This document shows positions 46,350 through 57,129 of a stretch of 64,000 bases of DNA, piece after piece. A model generated the notes under the pieces. It saw nothing but the letters and a program-made list of their open reading frames with translations, was not told where the DNA came from and searched no databases. Source of the DNA: Leptospira sp. Its GTDB lineage: Bacteria; Spirochaetota; Leptospiria; Leptospirales; Leptospiraceae. Position numbers and translations under genes: made by a program. The stretch lies in NCBI GenBank assembly GCA_034439575.1, contig JAWXAQ010000016.1:64001-128000 (forward strand), in the 5' to 3' direction. Numbering within the stretch: position 1 is the stretch's first letter; each line of letters starts with the position of its first letter.

Positions 46350-47242
46350 TATGAGGTTAAGATTTTATTTCGCCCTGAATTTTTCGCCTCATAAAGAAAT
46401 TTGTCTGCATTTTTAAGCACTTCATTGGGTGTAATTTTTGCATCCAAAAGTCCCCCGCTGATTCCCCCACTAAAACTTACATGGAACAATTGGCCATCTT
46501 CTGCAAAAAAATCAACGTTAGAAAATAGAACGCGAATTTTTTCTAAGACGTAATGAGCATTTTGAACACTAGTTTCTGGAAGAAGCACAACAAATTCTTC
46601 ACCACCATGGCGAGATAAAAAGTCTGATTTTCGAAGATTGGATTTTAATTCATGAGCTAATCTTTTGATAACGATATCTCCGATATCATGACCATAACTG
46701 TCGTTTACCTTTTTGAAAAAATCTATATCAAGCATCGCGATGGCTACAGAACGATTGTGCCTTTTACATCTTTGAAATTCCTGATCGATACGTTCTTCCA
46801 TATAACGACGATTATATAACCCAGTTAATGGATCACGAATTGAAGATTCTAATAAAAGATCTTGCAAGGCTTTGATTCTGAGAGCACTAAATACCCTTGC
46901 CAATAATTCTATTTCATCGGCTGGTTTTCTAATAAAGTCAGTCGCCCCTGCTTCAATGGATTCTTTTATTTTTAGTGAATCAGTATGACTTGTGACCATA
47001 ATGATGGGAAGCCATCCCGTTGATGAGGACTGCAAAATTTCATTGATAAGATCAATGCCAGTTCCATCAGGTAACTCCCAATCAAGTAAAACTACATCTA
47101 TACTTTGTTTTGCGATAACTTTTCTTGCTTCCTCTGTGTTTGTCGCAAGAAAAGTTAAATATCCATTTTTAACCAACCATCGATCTAAGATTCTATATTG
47201 AATTTCGGAATCTTCTACAATTAGGATCTTATGTTGTTTCAT
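46349..47242 (-). CDS. Response regulator diguanylate cyclase (REC-GGDEF)
   Basis: REC VLLDWELPD; DPLTGLYNRR, DIDFFKKVND, GGEEF. Confidence 0.92.
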   Translation of the reverse strand: MKQHKILIVEDSEIQYRILDRWLVKNGYLTFLATNTEEARKVIAKQSIDVVLLDWELPDGTGIDLINEILQSSSTGWLPIIMVTSHTDSLKIKESIEAGATDFIRKPADEIELLARVFSALRIKALQDLLLESSIRDPLTGLYNRRYMEERIDQEFQRCKRHNRSVAIAMLDIDFFKKVNDSYGHDIGDIVIKRLAHELKSNLRKSDFLSRHGGEEFVVLLPETSVQNAHYVLEKIRVLFSNVDFFAEDGQLFHVSFSGGISGGLLDAKITPNEVLKNADKFLYEAKNSGRNKILTS

Positions 47243-47263
47243 GATACATTTTTTATTTGGTAT

Positions 47264-49039
47264 TTATTTCTTTTTTTTGGGTGAGAATATTTTTTCAGCC
47301 TCACCCTCTTCCATTGGAACTTTCACAACAGTACCACCTTCTTTGCGAACTTGGTTCAAATCGATGACAGCTCCGGACATCAATCCATTCGCCTTATTAG
47401 TGACATCTTTCACGCCATAGACAACCCATTTTCCACCTTCGAGTGACAGTACAAGGTATGAACAATCGGCCACCGCCAAAAGGGAATGTGCAGATATCTG
47501 TGCCATCACTTCATAACTTAAGACCACACCAGATCCAAGACCCACACCAATGGGAACCCCAACCGATTTTCCTAAATAATAAATCCCAAAAGCAGTCCCC
47601 GTGCCAAAACTTCCGACAGTCCCTGTCACACCAACGACTCCTGCCGCAGTTTTCGTAGCCACATAGGTTGTGGTTTGAACACCTAACGATGTTGCGGTGA
47701 TGGCACCCCCTGCCGCAGTTCCTGTAAGAGAAAGTCCTCCACCAATTACCGTTTGCGAAGCTGTGACACCAATCAAAGTTGAAGGTGCAAGTATATATCT
47801 GCCTGATTTTTCCGTTAGAATGGCAGCACCTTTTGTAGAATATTTAGAAGTTTTTCTAGCAAGTGTTCCAGATGTACGACCGCCTACTTTTAAAGATTCA
47901 TATGCCTCACCTGCCACAACTTCGGTACTTCCAAGAAGTGCACCTAACGCTAGCTTTGCGCTGGGTGCTACTATATATACAATTCCTTTCCCTGAGATAG
48001 CGATAGTTTCGACAAGAACATAAACGCCCGTTGTTGTCCCAACAGTAATTAATGCCGCAGGATAAATGACTGAGTTTACACCAATATATCCAACAGATAA
48101 TATTCCAAATTTACCAATGGGTTCAAGAATCGCATCGTAAAAAATAGCCTTGGTAGTTTTTGCAAAGGCTTTGAGGAGTGAAAAAGAAAGTCCATGTCCA
48201 TCGGCGATAGATTCAATATCTTTACCAGCGTCCTTTAACTCTTCTTTGGTTGCTTGCCCATAACTAAACACAGTTTCCTTCCAAGCATTTGCAATGGAAT
48301 TTGATGCTCTGGATCGTAAATCATTTACTTCGCCTAAAGTATTATTCCATGAGCCACCATCTAACGAGTCATAAGAATTTTCCCAAATCGATTTAAAAGT
48401 TTCATCGATATCCACATAACCATAAACAAACGATTCATAAGAATCCTTGTAAGTTTTTTGGTAATTTTTCATCCTAGCACGAAATTCGGGAGACTTATCT
48501 CTTTGTTCTGGATCTTTGAATTTGTCTTCAGCCCATTCCTCCCAATCTTTTCTTAATTGAATGGAATCATTGGTTACTTTATCATGAGCTTTTTTACCAT
48601 TCTCAAAAGAACTTCCGATAAGTCCGTGAGCCTTGGCATTGGATGCATACATTATATAAATTCCAGGTAAAGTCGCATTTTCGTTCAAATAATTGACAGC
48701 GTCGTTTCCCGTTCCAGACACGTCACCAGCAAGAGACCAACTTTTTTTGGTTCCTTCTTTAACAACAATTACAGATTCCTTTGCTTTGTTATATGCTTTG
48801 GAAAATTCTTGTTTTGCAAACCCGAATCGCCGCCCCATGAGATAAACTTCCCCTTCTTCCATGGGGGGAATAAATTTGATGCTTGTGCCAGCAATCGGAA
48901 CGGCACCTTGGAAATATAGGGAACTATGGCCTCCCGAAATTAATTTTTTAGAATTTCGTAGAGGATCTTCATGATCTTTGTTAGTTGAAGAACATGTAAT
49001 CGAAAATAGGAGTAGCATTAGGATTGAATAAATTTTCAT
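47264..49039 (-). CDS. Lipoprotein with long Gly/Ala/Thr-rich hydrophobic C-terminal half
   Basis: LLFSIT-C signal; paralog of adjacent gene. Confidence 0.75.
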   Translation of the reverse strand: MKIYSILMLLLFSITCSSTNKDHEDPLRNSKKLISGGHSSLYFQGAVPIAGTSIKFIPPMEEGEVYLMGRRFGFAKQEFSKAYNKAKESVIVVKEGTKKSWSLAGDVSGTGNDAVNYLNENATLPGIYIMYASNAKAHGLIGSSFENGKKAHDKVTNDSIQLRKDWEEWAEDKFKDPEQRDKSPEFRARMKNYQKTYKDSYESFVYGYVDIDETFKSIWENSYDSLDGGSWNNTLGEVNDLRSRASNSIANAWKETVFSYGQATKEELKDAGKDIESIADGHGLSFSLLKAFAKTTKAIFYDAILEPIGKFGILSVGYIGVNSVIYPAALITVGTTTGVYVLVETIAISGKGIVYIVAPSAKLALGALLGSTEVVAGEAYESLKVGGRTSGTLARKTSKYSTKGAAILTEKSGRYILAPSTLIGVTASQTVIGGGLSLTGTAAGGAITATSLGVQTTTYVATKTAAGVVGVTGTVGSFGTGTAFGIYYLGKSVGVPIGVGLGSGVVLSYEVMAQISAHSLLAVADCSYLVLSLEGGKWVVYGVKDVTNKANGLMSGAVIDLNQVRKEGGTVVKVPMEEGEAEKIFSPKKKK

Positions 49040-50520
49040 TTTTTAGATTCCGTATTTTTCTTTAAATTATTATTTGTTCTTTCTTTCACTTCTGCATCAA
49101 TGACTTTCTTAACAAGCGTTTGATCACGACTCAATATCTCAACTTTGCCGGATTTTTTGGCTTCTTCTAAATCAATAATTGTTCCCGTAGGTAGATCATC
49201 AAGACCGGCATAGTTTCCACGAACGACGGCAATGACTACTCTCGGTCCGTCATACGCTAAAAAAATGGTGCCGTCAGGAACTGACAAAAGTAAGTGAGCA
49301 GGAATCACAGTTAATGCAGTGTAACTTAAGATAAGACCCGATTTTAAGGCATAAACGCCTGATTCCGCCGAGCCTGATGCAAAGTCATACACAAGGCCCG
49401 TAGCATAGGCTGTGGTTTCATATGTGGCTCCACCAGTTTGGACGACAGCCTCACCACTGTACCCAGCAGCGATCGTTGTTACTTGGTTAAATGCAGAAAG
49501 TCCCGTGCCTGTGACAGCAGTCGGAGCAGTCGCACTTAGACTTGCAAGACCCATAGTTCCGAGTAATCCAGCTTCAAGTGTCGGTGACACTATTCTGTAT
49601 CCTAGTTTAACAGGATAATAGGCGACCATACCTGTTGTCATAATGGCTTGGCCTGAAAATGTTGAAAGGTGTGAAACTGGTACAAAAACACCATTGATCA
49701 CCAAAGTTTCCCCAACGGCGGAACCTGTATTAAATAAAGGGCTGATTAAAATTTCTTTTAAAGCAATCGAATACCCTTGAAAAATATCCCACATTGCAAA
49801 TAGGCTATTTCCCTTTTGACTTGATTCTTCATATTCATCAAGAAATGCTTGTGTACTTTTTTTATAGCTATCTCGCCATGCGTTTGTTAGCTTGTTTTGG
49901 TTTTTCCACATAGTATCTATAAATAAATCATTCGTATTGCCAGTAAATTCTGATCGTTCTTTATTTAAACTGGTCCAAACTTTCAATAATTGGGCTCTGT
50001 CTTCCTCTTCTCTGTCATTAAGTTCTACATAACCTGTGATAAATTTATTTGCCGCCTTTCCATTTAACTCTTTTGACAATTCCCATTCCATTAGAGTGAT
50101 TTTGTACGTTGTCGCTAATATCTCTTTTGAGATTTCTGTCCCACTTCCCCGAAAACTAGAAGCATTTTTATTAATCTCCACCATCGTTGATTTCATGCTA
50201 GGTGGAAGTTCTTCTGTTCGTTTCTTCATTTTTGTAAAAAGTATAGCTTTTGCTACCTTTGAACTCATTTTTCCCGATTCGATAACTTCTTCTATGGTTT
50301 TTGAAGCGGGTGGTATGAAAAGCCAACCATTGTCATTCAAATTCTTTCTAGCACCTAACGCATTTGATGTGAGAGGGGCAATCTTTTTAAAGGTAGATGG
50401 TTTTGCATCAGGGCTAGTAACAGATTCACCAATTATTTTTTCCGTCTTTGTACTATTGCAAGTAATGGAGAAAATAAGGACTATCAGTATGAATAAGTAG
50501 CGGAGGTGATGATGTAGCAT
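49036..50520 (-). CDS. Lipoprotein with long Gly/Ala/Thr-rich hydrophobic C-terminal half
   Basis: LIFSIT-C signal; ATGA-coupled to paralog. Confidence 0.75.
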   Translation of the reverse strand: MLHHHLRYLFILIVLIFSITCNSTKTEKIIGESVTSPDAKPSTFKKIAPLTSNALGARKNLNDNGWLFIPPASKTIEEVIESGKMSSKVAKAILFTKMKKRTEELPPSMKSTMVEINKNASSFRGSGTEISKEILATTYKITLMEWELSKELNGKAANKFITGYVELNDREEEDRAQLLKVWTSLNKERSEFTGNTNDLFIDTMWKNQNKLTNAWRDSYKKSTQAFLDEYEESSQKGNSLFAMWDIFQGYSIALKEILISPLFNTGSAVGETLVINGVFVPVSHLSTFSGQAIMTTGMVAYYPVKLGYRIVSPTLEAGLLGTMGLASLSATAPTAVTGTGLSAFNQVTTIAAGYSGEAVVQTGGATYETTAYATGLVYDFASGSAESGVYALKSGLILSYTALTVIPAHLLLSVPDGTIFLAYDGPRVVIAVVRGNYAGLDDLPTGTIIDLEEAKKSGKVEILSRDQTLVKKVIDAEVKERTNNNLKKNTESKK

Positions 50521-50604
50521 ATTTTGCTATTTCCTTGATTTTTAGAGTATTAATGGAAATCATGACGAAGGATCAAAACACAAATTCAGAATATTCTTAA
50601 TTCT

Positions 50605-52284
50605 ATGAAACATAATGGAATACTCACAAATATAGAGCAAAAACTACGTCCTGGACAGGCAGTCATATCCAAGACTGATATTCATGGAAAGATTCTATAT
50701 GTAAACGATGAATTTTGCCGTATCAGCGGATTCACTCAGGAAGAAGCAGTGGGTATGCCTCATAATTTAGTACGACATCCCCAGATGCCTTCAACTATAT
50801 TTGCTGAACTGTGGGAGACAATCTCTAGGAAACGTTCTTGGACTGGAGTCCTTGTGAATCGTTGCAAAAACGGTGACCACTATTGGGTCGAAGCGATCGT
50901 CTCTCCGATTTTTGCCGATGATGTTTTTTTGGGTTATATGTCAGTTAGAACTGCCGCGAGTGAAAAACAAATCCGAGATGCGGAAATGGCGTACGGAATG
51001 ATCCCAAAAGTAGAAGCAGGTTTAACTATTATTTCTCTGCGAAATTTTTTGGAAAGAATCGGAAGTAAAGTTCTGGCAATACTTTCACTCTTTAGCTTTG
51101 GAATTGGTTTATGGTTTGGTGGATTTAAGAATGAGTGGCCAATAGCGGTCTCATTATTTTTTCTGTCTCAAATCATTTCCATTTTATTATTAATTAAAGT
51201 TCATAGATCATATAACAATAACAAAAATGTATTTGTGCGCCAGTTGAATTCAATGGCGGAAAGAAATTTAAAGTTGACCAATGAATTTGTGAATGAAAAT
51301 TTCAAAGACAAATCCTTAAAAAGTTCGTATGCATTTTTATCTGTCGAATTACGCGGATTATTGTCCCAAGTATTTTCCAATTCGGCTCTGTTAAACGATA
51401 ATTCGTTTGAATTAGGAAAATCCATTAACCAAATAGATTCTGCTGTTTCAGAATTGTCCGCCTCGCTTTCAAAACTTTCGGAAAATTCAAGATCTACATT
51501 AGCAAGTACAAATACGGCTGGAGATCAAATAGTCAATTTAACGAACGCTATACACTCAATAAATGAAGAATCTCAAAAACTCACTCGGTTAATTTTGGAA
51601 ACAATCGCAGTGTTGAATGTATCATTTTCTAGTTCCAAATCATTAGCCAAACAAATGGGTGAGATGGATCATTCTCTGGGGCTCGCCACAGAAAAACTTG
51701 AATCATTGCAAGTTCGATCGGAAGGGATTGGTAAAGTTTTGAGTTCCATAGTATTTGTTGCAGAAAGGACCAACTTACTTTCATTAAATGCATCTATTGA
51801 AGCCGCCCGTGCTGGTGAATATGGTGCTGGTTTTGCTGTTGTTGCAGAAGAAATTAAAAAATTGGCTGAACAATCATCCCGTTCTGTTAAAGAAATTTTT
51901 GAGTTTTTACGTGCATTTCAAAGCGAAATCAAGGAAGTAACCGAAGAAAACAAACTTAGATTAGTTGATATTAGAAATGGTTCTCAAGAAATTTTGAAAA
52001 TCGAAGATAGTTTTCGTGATATCATGGAACATGCAGAAATAGAAAAGGTGACGAGTGCAGAATTGTACAATATTGCAAAAAACATAAACTCACTTTCCCA
52101 GTTACTTAGCCAAGATTTAGATATAATCATTTCGAAAAATGAAGAAAACTCATCCGTAACAGGCGTTTTAGCAAAAACGTCCGAAGAAGTATCAAATGCA
52201 GTTCATGTGATTACTTCGGCGATTGATGAAATCAAATCCGTTGCAGTCACATTAAACGGAATCACCAAACAGTATATTTTTTAA
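50605..52284 (+). CDS. PAS-domain methyl-accepting chemotaxis protein (Aer-like)
   Basis: [49 protein letters not shown]. Confidence 0.92.
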   Translation: MKHNGILTNIEQKLRPGQAVISKTDIHGKILYVNDEFCRISGFTQEEAVGMPHNLVRHPQMPSTIFAELWETISRKRSWTGVLVNRCKNGDHYWVEAIVSPIFADDVFLGYMSVRTAASEKQIRDAEMAYGMIPKVEAGLTIISLRNFLERIGSKVLAILSLFSFGIGLWFGGFKNEWPIAVSLFFLSQIISILLLIKVHRSYNNNKNVFVRQLNSMAERNLKLTNEFVNENFKDKSLKSSYAFLSVELRGLLSQVFSNSALLNDNSFELGKSINQIDSAVSELSASLSKLSENSRSTLASTNTAGDQIVNLTNAIHSINEESQKLTRLILETIAVLNVSFSSSKSLAKQMGEMDHSLGLATEKLESLQVRSEGIGKVLSSIVFVAERTNLLSLNASIEAARAGEYGAGFAVVAEEIKKLAEQSSRSVKEIFEFLRAFQSEIKEVTEENKLRLVDIRNGSQEILKIEDSFRDIMEHAEIEKVTSAELYNIAKNINSLSQLLSQDLDIIISKNEENSSVTGVLAKTSEEVSNAVHVITSAIDEIKSVAVTLNGITKQYIF

Positions 52285-53246
52285 GGCATTTTATTTGACA
52301 TCACTCGCCAAAAAAAAGCAGTACGATTTTTATCTTCTATAAAACCACAATGCCCTCCCTTCTCCTCAATGATAACTTCCACGTAAGGAGTCACGGGAAT
52401 TTCACGAAAATCAGAAACAGGGATCACTGGATCGTCTGCGGCTGTTAGGATGGTAAGTGGAGTTTTAATTTTTTTAAAATAATCCCCTTTTAAAGTGTAT
52501 GTTTGAAAATATTCTTTCACAGAAAGAAATGGAGAATAGTCAAGTATCATAGTCTCAGTCAATTGCATCACTGTTTTATATTTTTGTAAGTCAGGGAATT
52601 TATATAAGTGGGGAAATAATTGTTCCTTTTTTCTAAGCGATGTAATCCAAGCCTTTAAAAAATAATCTCTAAGTATTATATGAGAATCCATTTTGATGGT
52701 TGCTGCCATTGGATCTAGTGCGGGACTAATGGAAAAACTATGTTTTAAATATTTAATTTTATCCGCTTTTTTAGACTTCGTATGCATACTTGTTATACGA
52801 ACAACGAAATTGCCTCCAAGCGAAAACCCGGCTAAATATAGAGGAAGACCTTTTGTGTTTAACTTTGAAAGTGCCAATACGGCTTCATAGGTCTCCTCCA
52901 GCAAACTACCATTAAATATTCCTTCATTGAGATGATGAGTCCCACCATGATCTCGTAAATTCAGGCGATAAACAGAATAACCTCGTTCCAAATAATGCCG
53001 TGTTGTTCTGATGATATAACTCGATTCTATGCTTCCTTCCCAGCCATGTAACAGAATTAAAATGCCTATGGCATTTTGAACTTCATTTAATGCAGCAAGT
53101 AAAGAAATCTGCTTTGAAGTCTTTAATAGATGCCATTTTACTTCTTTTAGAAATTTATAATTTTTATCTGCTTTTGATTTCCACGAAGCTAAAATTGACT
53201 GAGCCAGCGCACCTGATAGTATGGGAATCGGTTTGAAAGGAGTCAT
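52281..53246 (-). CDS. YheT-like alpha/beta hydrolase
   Basis: [26 protein letters not shown]. Confidence 0.88.
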   Translation of the reverse strand: MTPFKPIPILSGALAQSILASWKSKADKNYKFLKEVKWHLLKTSKQISLLAALNEVQNAIGILILLHGWEGSIESSYIIRTTRHYLERGYSVYRLNLRDHGGTHHLNEGIFNGSLLEETYEAVLALSKLNTKGLPLYLAGFSLGGNFVVRITSMHTKSKKADKIKYLKHSFSISPALDPMAATIKMDSHIILRDYFLKAWITSLRKKEQLFPHLYKFPDLQKYKTVMQLTETMILDYSPFLSVKEYFQTYTLKGDYFKKIKTPLTILTAADDPVIPVSDFREIPVTPYVEVIIEEKGGHCGFIEDKNRTAFFWRVMSNKMP

Positions 53247-53367
53247 AAATTCTAGTACTTTGACCCATAATTGCAAATTTACCTATGTGAAACACAAATT
53301 TCCCAAAGCCTTACACACAAATGTTTAAAATTTGACAAGACTTGGGTTAAAGTTTGGTCTAAACACA

Positions 53368-53817
53368 ATGCGTTACCTGATTTCCTTTGCATTTATCTCC
53401 CTTATCACTTGTGCTTCTGGATTCGTTTCTTATAAAAGTGAATGGAAACAAACAGAACTTGGTGAAGCTTTTTTTGCAAATTTAGAAGGTGTGGCTAGTG
53501 AAAAATCGATCTCAGCTGACAGCGTTTCTATGAAGCAAAGAAGTTGTATAGACGCTACAAAAACATTGTCCACATCAACAAAAGTTTCAAAATTACTAAT
53601 CAATGCGGAAGGCCAAAACCTTGAAGAACATGAACTCAAAGATTTGAGTAAACTTATTTTTTCTTATCAGATCACTCCGGTTCTTATAGAATGCCAGCCA
53701 GGAAAAAGCGAATCATTGTTTGGTGGAATAAATTGGACCACTTGCCAATGTTTGTATTCATATAAATATCCTGGTGGACGCAAACAATTCCAAAATGATC
53801 TCATTAAGGTGAAATAG
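53368..53817 (+). CDS. Lipoprotein, weakly LipL21-like
   Basis: FISLIT-C signal; ASEKSI...MKQRSC motif. Confidence 0.55.
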   Translation: MRYLISFAFISLITCASGFVSYKSEWKQTELGEAFFANLEGVASEKSISADSVSMKQRSCIDATKTLSTSTKVSKLLINAEGQNLEEHELKDLSKLIFSYQITPVLIECQPGKSESLFGGINWTTCQCLYSYKYPGGRKQFQNDLIKVK

Positions 53818-53818
53818 G

Positions 53819-55738
53819 ATGGACGAGCGGGAACTCCTTCAATTAATCAATGAAGGGACAAGTTCTCATGGAATGGAGTTCTTTACTCAGTTAACTTTAA
53901 GTTTAGAAAGAATCTGTAACGCAGACCAAGTGTTAATTGGTGAGTATGCGAACAAAACAAATTCGATAACAAGCCTCTCTTATCGACGTAACGGAAACGA
54001 ATCAGAAAAAATAATTTATAAACTTAAGGGCACGCCCTGTGAAAAAGTCACTACAAATCAATTGTGCATATATGATAAAAACGTAAGCGAAATATTCCCG
54101 GAAGATACCATACTCAAGGAAGAAGGAATTGAAGGTTATGCTGGAGTTTCAGTACTTTCAGAAAAGGGTGAATTTATTGGAGTGATATTTCTACTCTTTC
54201 ATCAAGCGATAGTCGATACCAAATTTGTATCCACAATTTTATCCATCTTTGCTTCAAGAGCCTCAGCAGAAATGGATAAAATTCAAAACAAAGATGAGAT
54301 AGAAATATTACAAGCTCAACTTCACGGCGCATTTGATAATTTACCATATGATATGTGGATTTCCGATTTAGATCAAAAGTATATATTATTAAATAAAAAA
54401 TTTGTCGAGTCATGGGGCAATGTGATTGGCAAATATCCATCAGCAATAGCAACTGATGAAAAAACTTTAGAACTTTGGAAATCAAACAACTTACGTGCGC
54501 TAAATGGCGAAACGATTATCGAAAAAGTTAGTTTTTCCGTAAATGATACACCAAAACATTTTTTAAATGTTCTATCTCCAGTAAAAATACCTCAATCAGA
54601 TAAAATCATAGGATTTACTGGGTGTAACATTGATATTACGGATTCTGTGGTTGGGCGCGAAAAATTAAAACAAAATGAAGAATTAATCAAATTAAACAAA
54701 CAAATTTTCGCACAAAAACAAGAGTTAGAAGAAGCTTTAGCGAATTTACATATCACACAATCTCAGTTATTTCATTCAGAAAAAATGTCATCCTTAGGAT
54801 TGATTACCTCGGGTGTGGCGCATGAAATTAATAACCCACTAGGTGCTGTAGCTGCTTTTGCGTCTAACTCAAAACAATCGATACTTGCTATTGTGAATCA
54901 GTTTGGAAAAATTGAAAAAGCAATCCAAAATTTGACTGAAATACAATTAAACCAATACCAAAAAGTAATTTTGGAGGGATTTAAATGGAAACATGGTCCA
55001 ACAGGATTAGATTACAGAAAAAAAATTAGGGAATTAGAACAAAGGCTAATTGAAAATTCCATTTCGTTGCCAAAGGAAATTCAAGAAAAATTAGTCGATC
55101 TTAGTTTAGAAGAGATGCCATTCCAATATACTTCTCTTTTCACAACAAAAGAATTACCCACTCTATTCATTTTGATTGAAGGTTTGATCGCGGCTTATAC
55201 TGCTGACCTTGTTTCAGAGCAAGCGATCGAAAGGGTAAAAAAAACATTATATGCACTTCGCAATTTTTCTAGATTACAAACGACTGATTCTTTAGTCCTC
55301 ACTTCATTAGAAGAAAATTTAGAAACAGTTCTTATCTTATATCAATATCAATTCAAACAAAATGTAGAGTTAATAAAAGAGATCAATCCAATTCCACCTA
55401 TACTATGTTATCCAGAAGATTTGATGCAGGTATGGACAAATTTAATTCATAACGCCTTGCACGCATTAAAGTTTAACGGTAAGATCAATCTACGTGCCTT
55501 TAAAGAAGATAATTTTGCAATTGTAGAAATTGAAGACAATGGACCTGGAATTCCAGATTCTATAGAAAGTAAAATATTTAATCCTTTCTTTACGACAAAA
55601 GAAAAAGGTGAAGGAACAGGCCTTGGTTTAGATATTTCTAGACGAATTGTAGAAAGACACAAAGGGGAACTCACCTTCACTTCTAAACCAGGAAATACTT
55701 GTTTTAGAGTTAAAATTCCGTATCAATCAAGTTTGTAA
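53819..55738 (+). CDS. GAF-PAS sensor histidine kinase
   Basis: GTPCEKV GAF; GVAHEINNPL; NLIHNA, DNGPGI, GTGLGL. Confidence 0.92.
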   Translation: MDERELLQLINEGTSSHGMEFFTQLTLSLERICNADQVLIGEYANKTNSITSLSYRRNGNESEKIIYKLKGTPCEKVTTNQLCIYDKNVSEIFPEDTILKEEGIEGYAGVSVLSEKGEFIGVIFLLFHQAIVDTKFVSTILSIFASRASAEMDKIQNKDEIEILQAQLHGAFDNLPYDMWISDLDQKYILLNKKFVESWGNVIGKYPSAIATDEKTLELWKSNNLRALNGETIIEKVSFSVNDTPKHFLNVLSPVKIPQSDKIIGFTGCNIDITDSVVGREKLKQNEELIKLNKQIFAQKQELEEALANLHITQSQLFHSEKMSSLGLITSGVAHEINNPLGAVAAFASNSKQSILAIVNQFGKIEKAIQNLTEIQLNQYQKVILEGFKWKHGPTGLDYRKKIRELEQRLIENSISLPKEIQEKLVDLSLEEMPFQYTSLFTTKELPTLFILIEGLIAAYTADLVSEQAIERVKKTLYALRNFSRLQTTDSLVLTSLEENLETVLILYQYQFKQNVELIKEINPIPPILCYPEDLMQVWTNLIHNALHALKFNGKINLRAFKEDNFAIVEIEDNGPGIPDSIESKIFNPFFTTKEKGEGTGLGLDISRRIVERHKGELTFTSKPGNTCFRVKIPYQSSL

Positions 55739-57030
55739 ATTTTAACTGGTAATGTTTTTCCTTTGATAGGAACATCACCTAAGAGTGACAAACGATTTAA
55801 TCGATTTGGGATTTCCTGAAAGACAGCTTCAGAAACTAATATTTCGGACTGATACACTTTGTTTAATTGTTCAATTCTTGAGGCAAGATTCACAACATCA
55901 CCAATAATCGTATATTCCTTCCTTTCATTTGAGCCAACATTTCCGGTTACGGCATCACCAGCATGCAGCCCCATACCGAATCCGATATGAGGGATTTCTT
56001 TATTTTTTATCATATCATTTAACTTTTGTTTAATGCTTTCTGCCGCAGAAACGGCATTGTTAATATCTTGGCCATTAGAAACAGGAGCACCAAATACTGC
56101 CATAAACCCATCGCCCAAAAATTTATTAATGATACCACCATTTTGATTCACACAATTAATAGCAGAAGTAAATACAGTATTTAGAAACAAAATTAATTCT
56201 TTCGGTGATTGGGATTCGGAAAACTGTGTAAAATTTCTGATATCAAAAAAAAGCATACAAACATGTTTAATTTCACCTTGCCAATCATCTTTCTGTTCTA
56301 ACAGCTGATTGACGACTTCGGGAGAAACATGTTGACCAAATAAATTTCGGATTTGATTTTTATCTACTTCATGATGGAATGAATTAGTGACAGCACGTTT
56401 GATTTGTCTAGTTACAAAACCCGCTATAAATCCCGAACCGAATAGTATTCCCGCTTTGGCAAAAAATAAAGAATCGTTTTCTATTAAACTAACAGGAGAT
56501 ATATGAAATGAAAAGGTTTTAAAATAGAAAAATAAACTCAAATATTGCAAAGAGGATATGACACTGGAGAAAATTGACATTCTCTCTTCCAAACGCAAAG
56601 TGGACAAAATGATAAATAAAAAATAAACATAACTCGGTGGTGTATTCAAAGAATCTAAAGAATTATGAGAACTTGATCCTAACAATAAGATGGCGAGAGT
56701 TGGTATGGAAGCTTCAAAAAAGGCTGAACCATATCTTACAAATGGATTGATTCCTCTCTCGACTCGGATTGCCCACTTGAAATAGGCACGTAAGAATAGT
56801 CCATATAAAGCAATAATCAAAAAATAGGAAGGAGGTAACCAAACGGGAAATCCTGTTGACAAAATAAAATCATAGATAGCTGGAAAAAAAATTGGTTGTA
56901 AAAGAAAGGCAAATGCCCCTACAAAAAAAATGATCACTAAAGCAGAGGCTCTTCTGACTTCTGATCGAAGGATTTCTCTAGCGAACGCATTTTCAAAATT
57001 AATGGTTTCGATTGATGGCATGTTCTCCAT
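55723..57030 (-). CDS. Membrane adenylate/guanylate cyclase (class III)
   Basis: TM N-terminus; FDIRNFT, KFLGDG, YTIIGDVVNLASRIE; start moved to ATG 57030 to avoid overlap with recC. Confidence 0.9.
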   Translation of the reverse strand: MENMPSIETINFENAFAREILRSEVRRASALVIIFFVGAFAFLLQPIFFPAIYDFILSTGFPVWLPPSYFLIIALYGLFLRAYFKWAIRVERGINPFVRYGSAFFEASIPTLAILLLGSSSHNSLDSLNTPPSYVYFLFIILSTLRLEERMSIFSSVISSLQYLSLFFYFKTFSFHISPVSLIENDSLFFAKAGILFGSGFIAGFVTRQIKRAVTNSFHHEVDKNQIRNLFGQHVSPEVVNQLLEQKDDWQGEIKHVCMLFFDIRNFTQFSESQSPKELILFLNTVFTSAINCVNQNGGIINKFLGDGFMAVFGAPVSNGQDINNAVSAAESIKQKLNDMIKNKEIPHIGFGMGLHAGDAVTGNVGSNERKEYTIIGDVVNLASRIEQLNKVYQSEILVSEAVFQEIPNRLNRLSLLGDVPIKGKTLPVKIYKLD

Positions 57031-57129
57031 TCTACCATTGCTCTTTGAATTTGTAAGTGCATTTTTGAAAAATTGTCCTACCCTAACGCTAAACTTTCTA
57101 AAAGCTTGCAATTTGTTCAGGAGTTTCCA

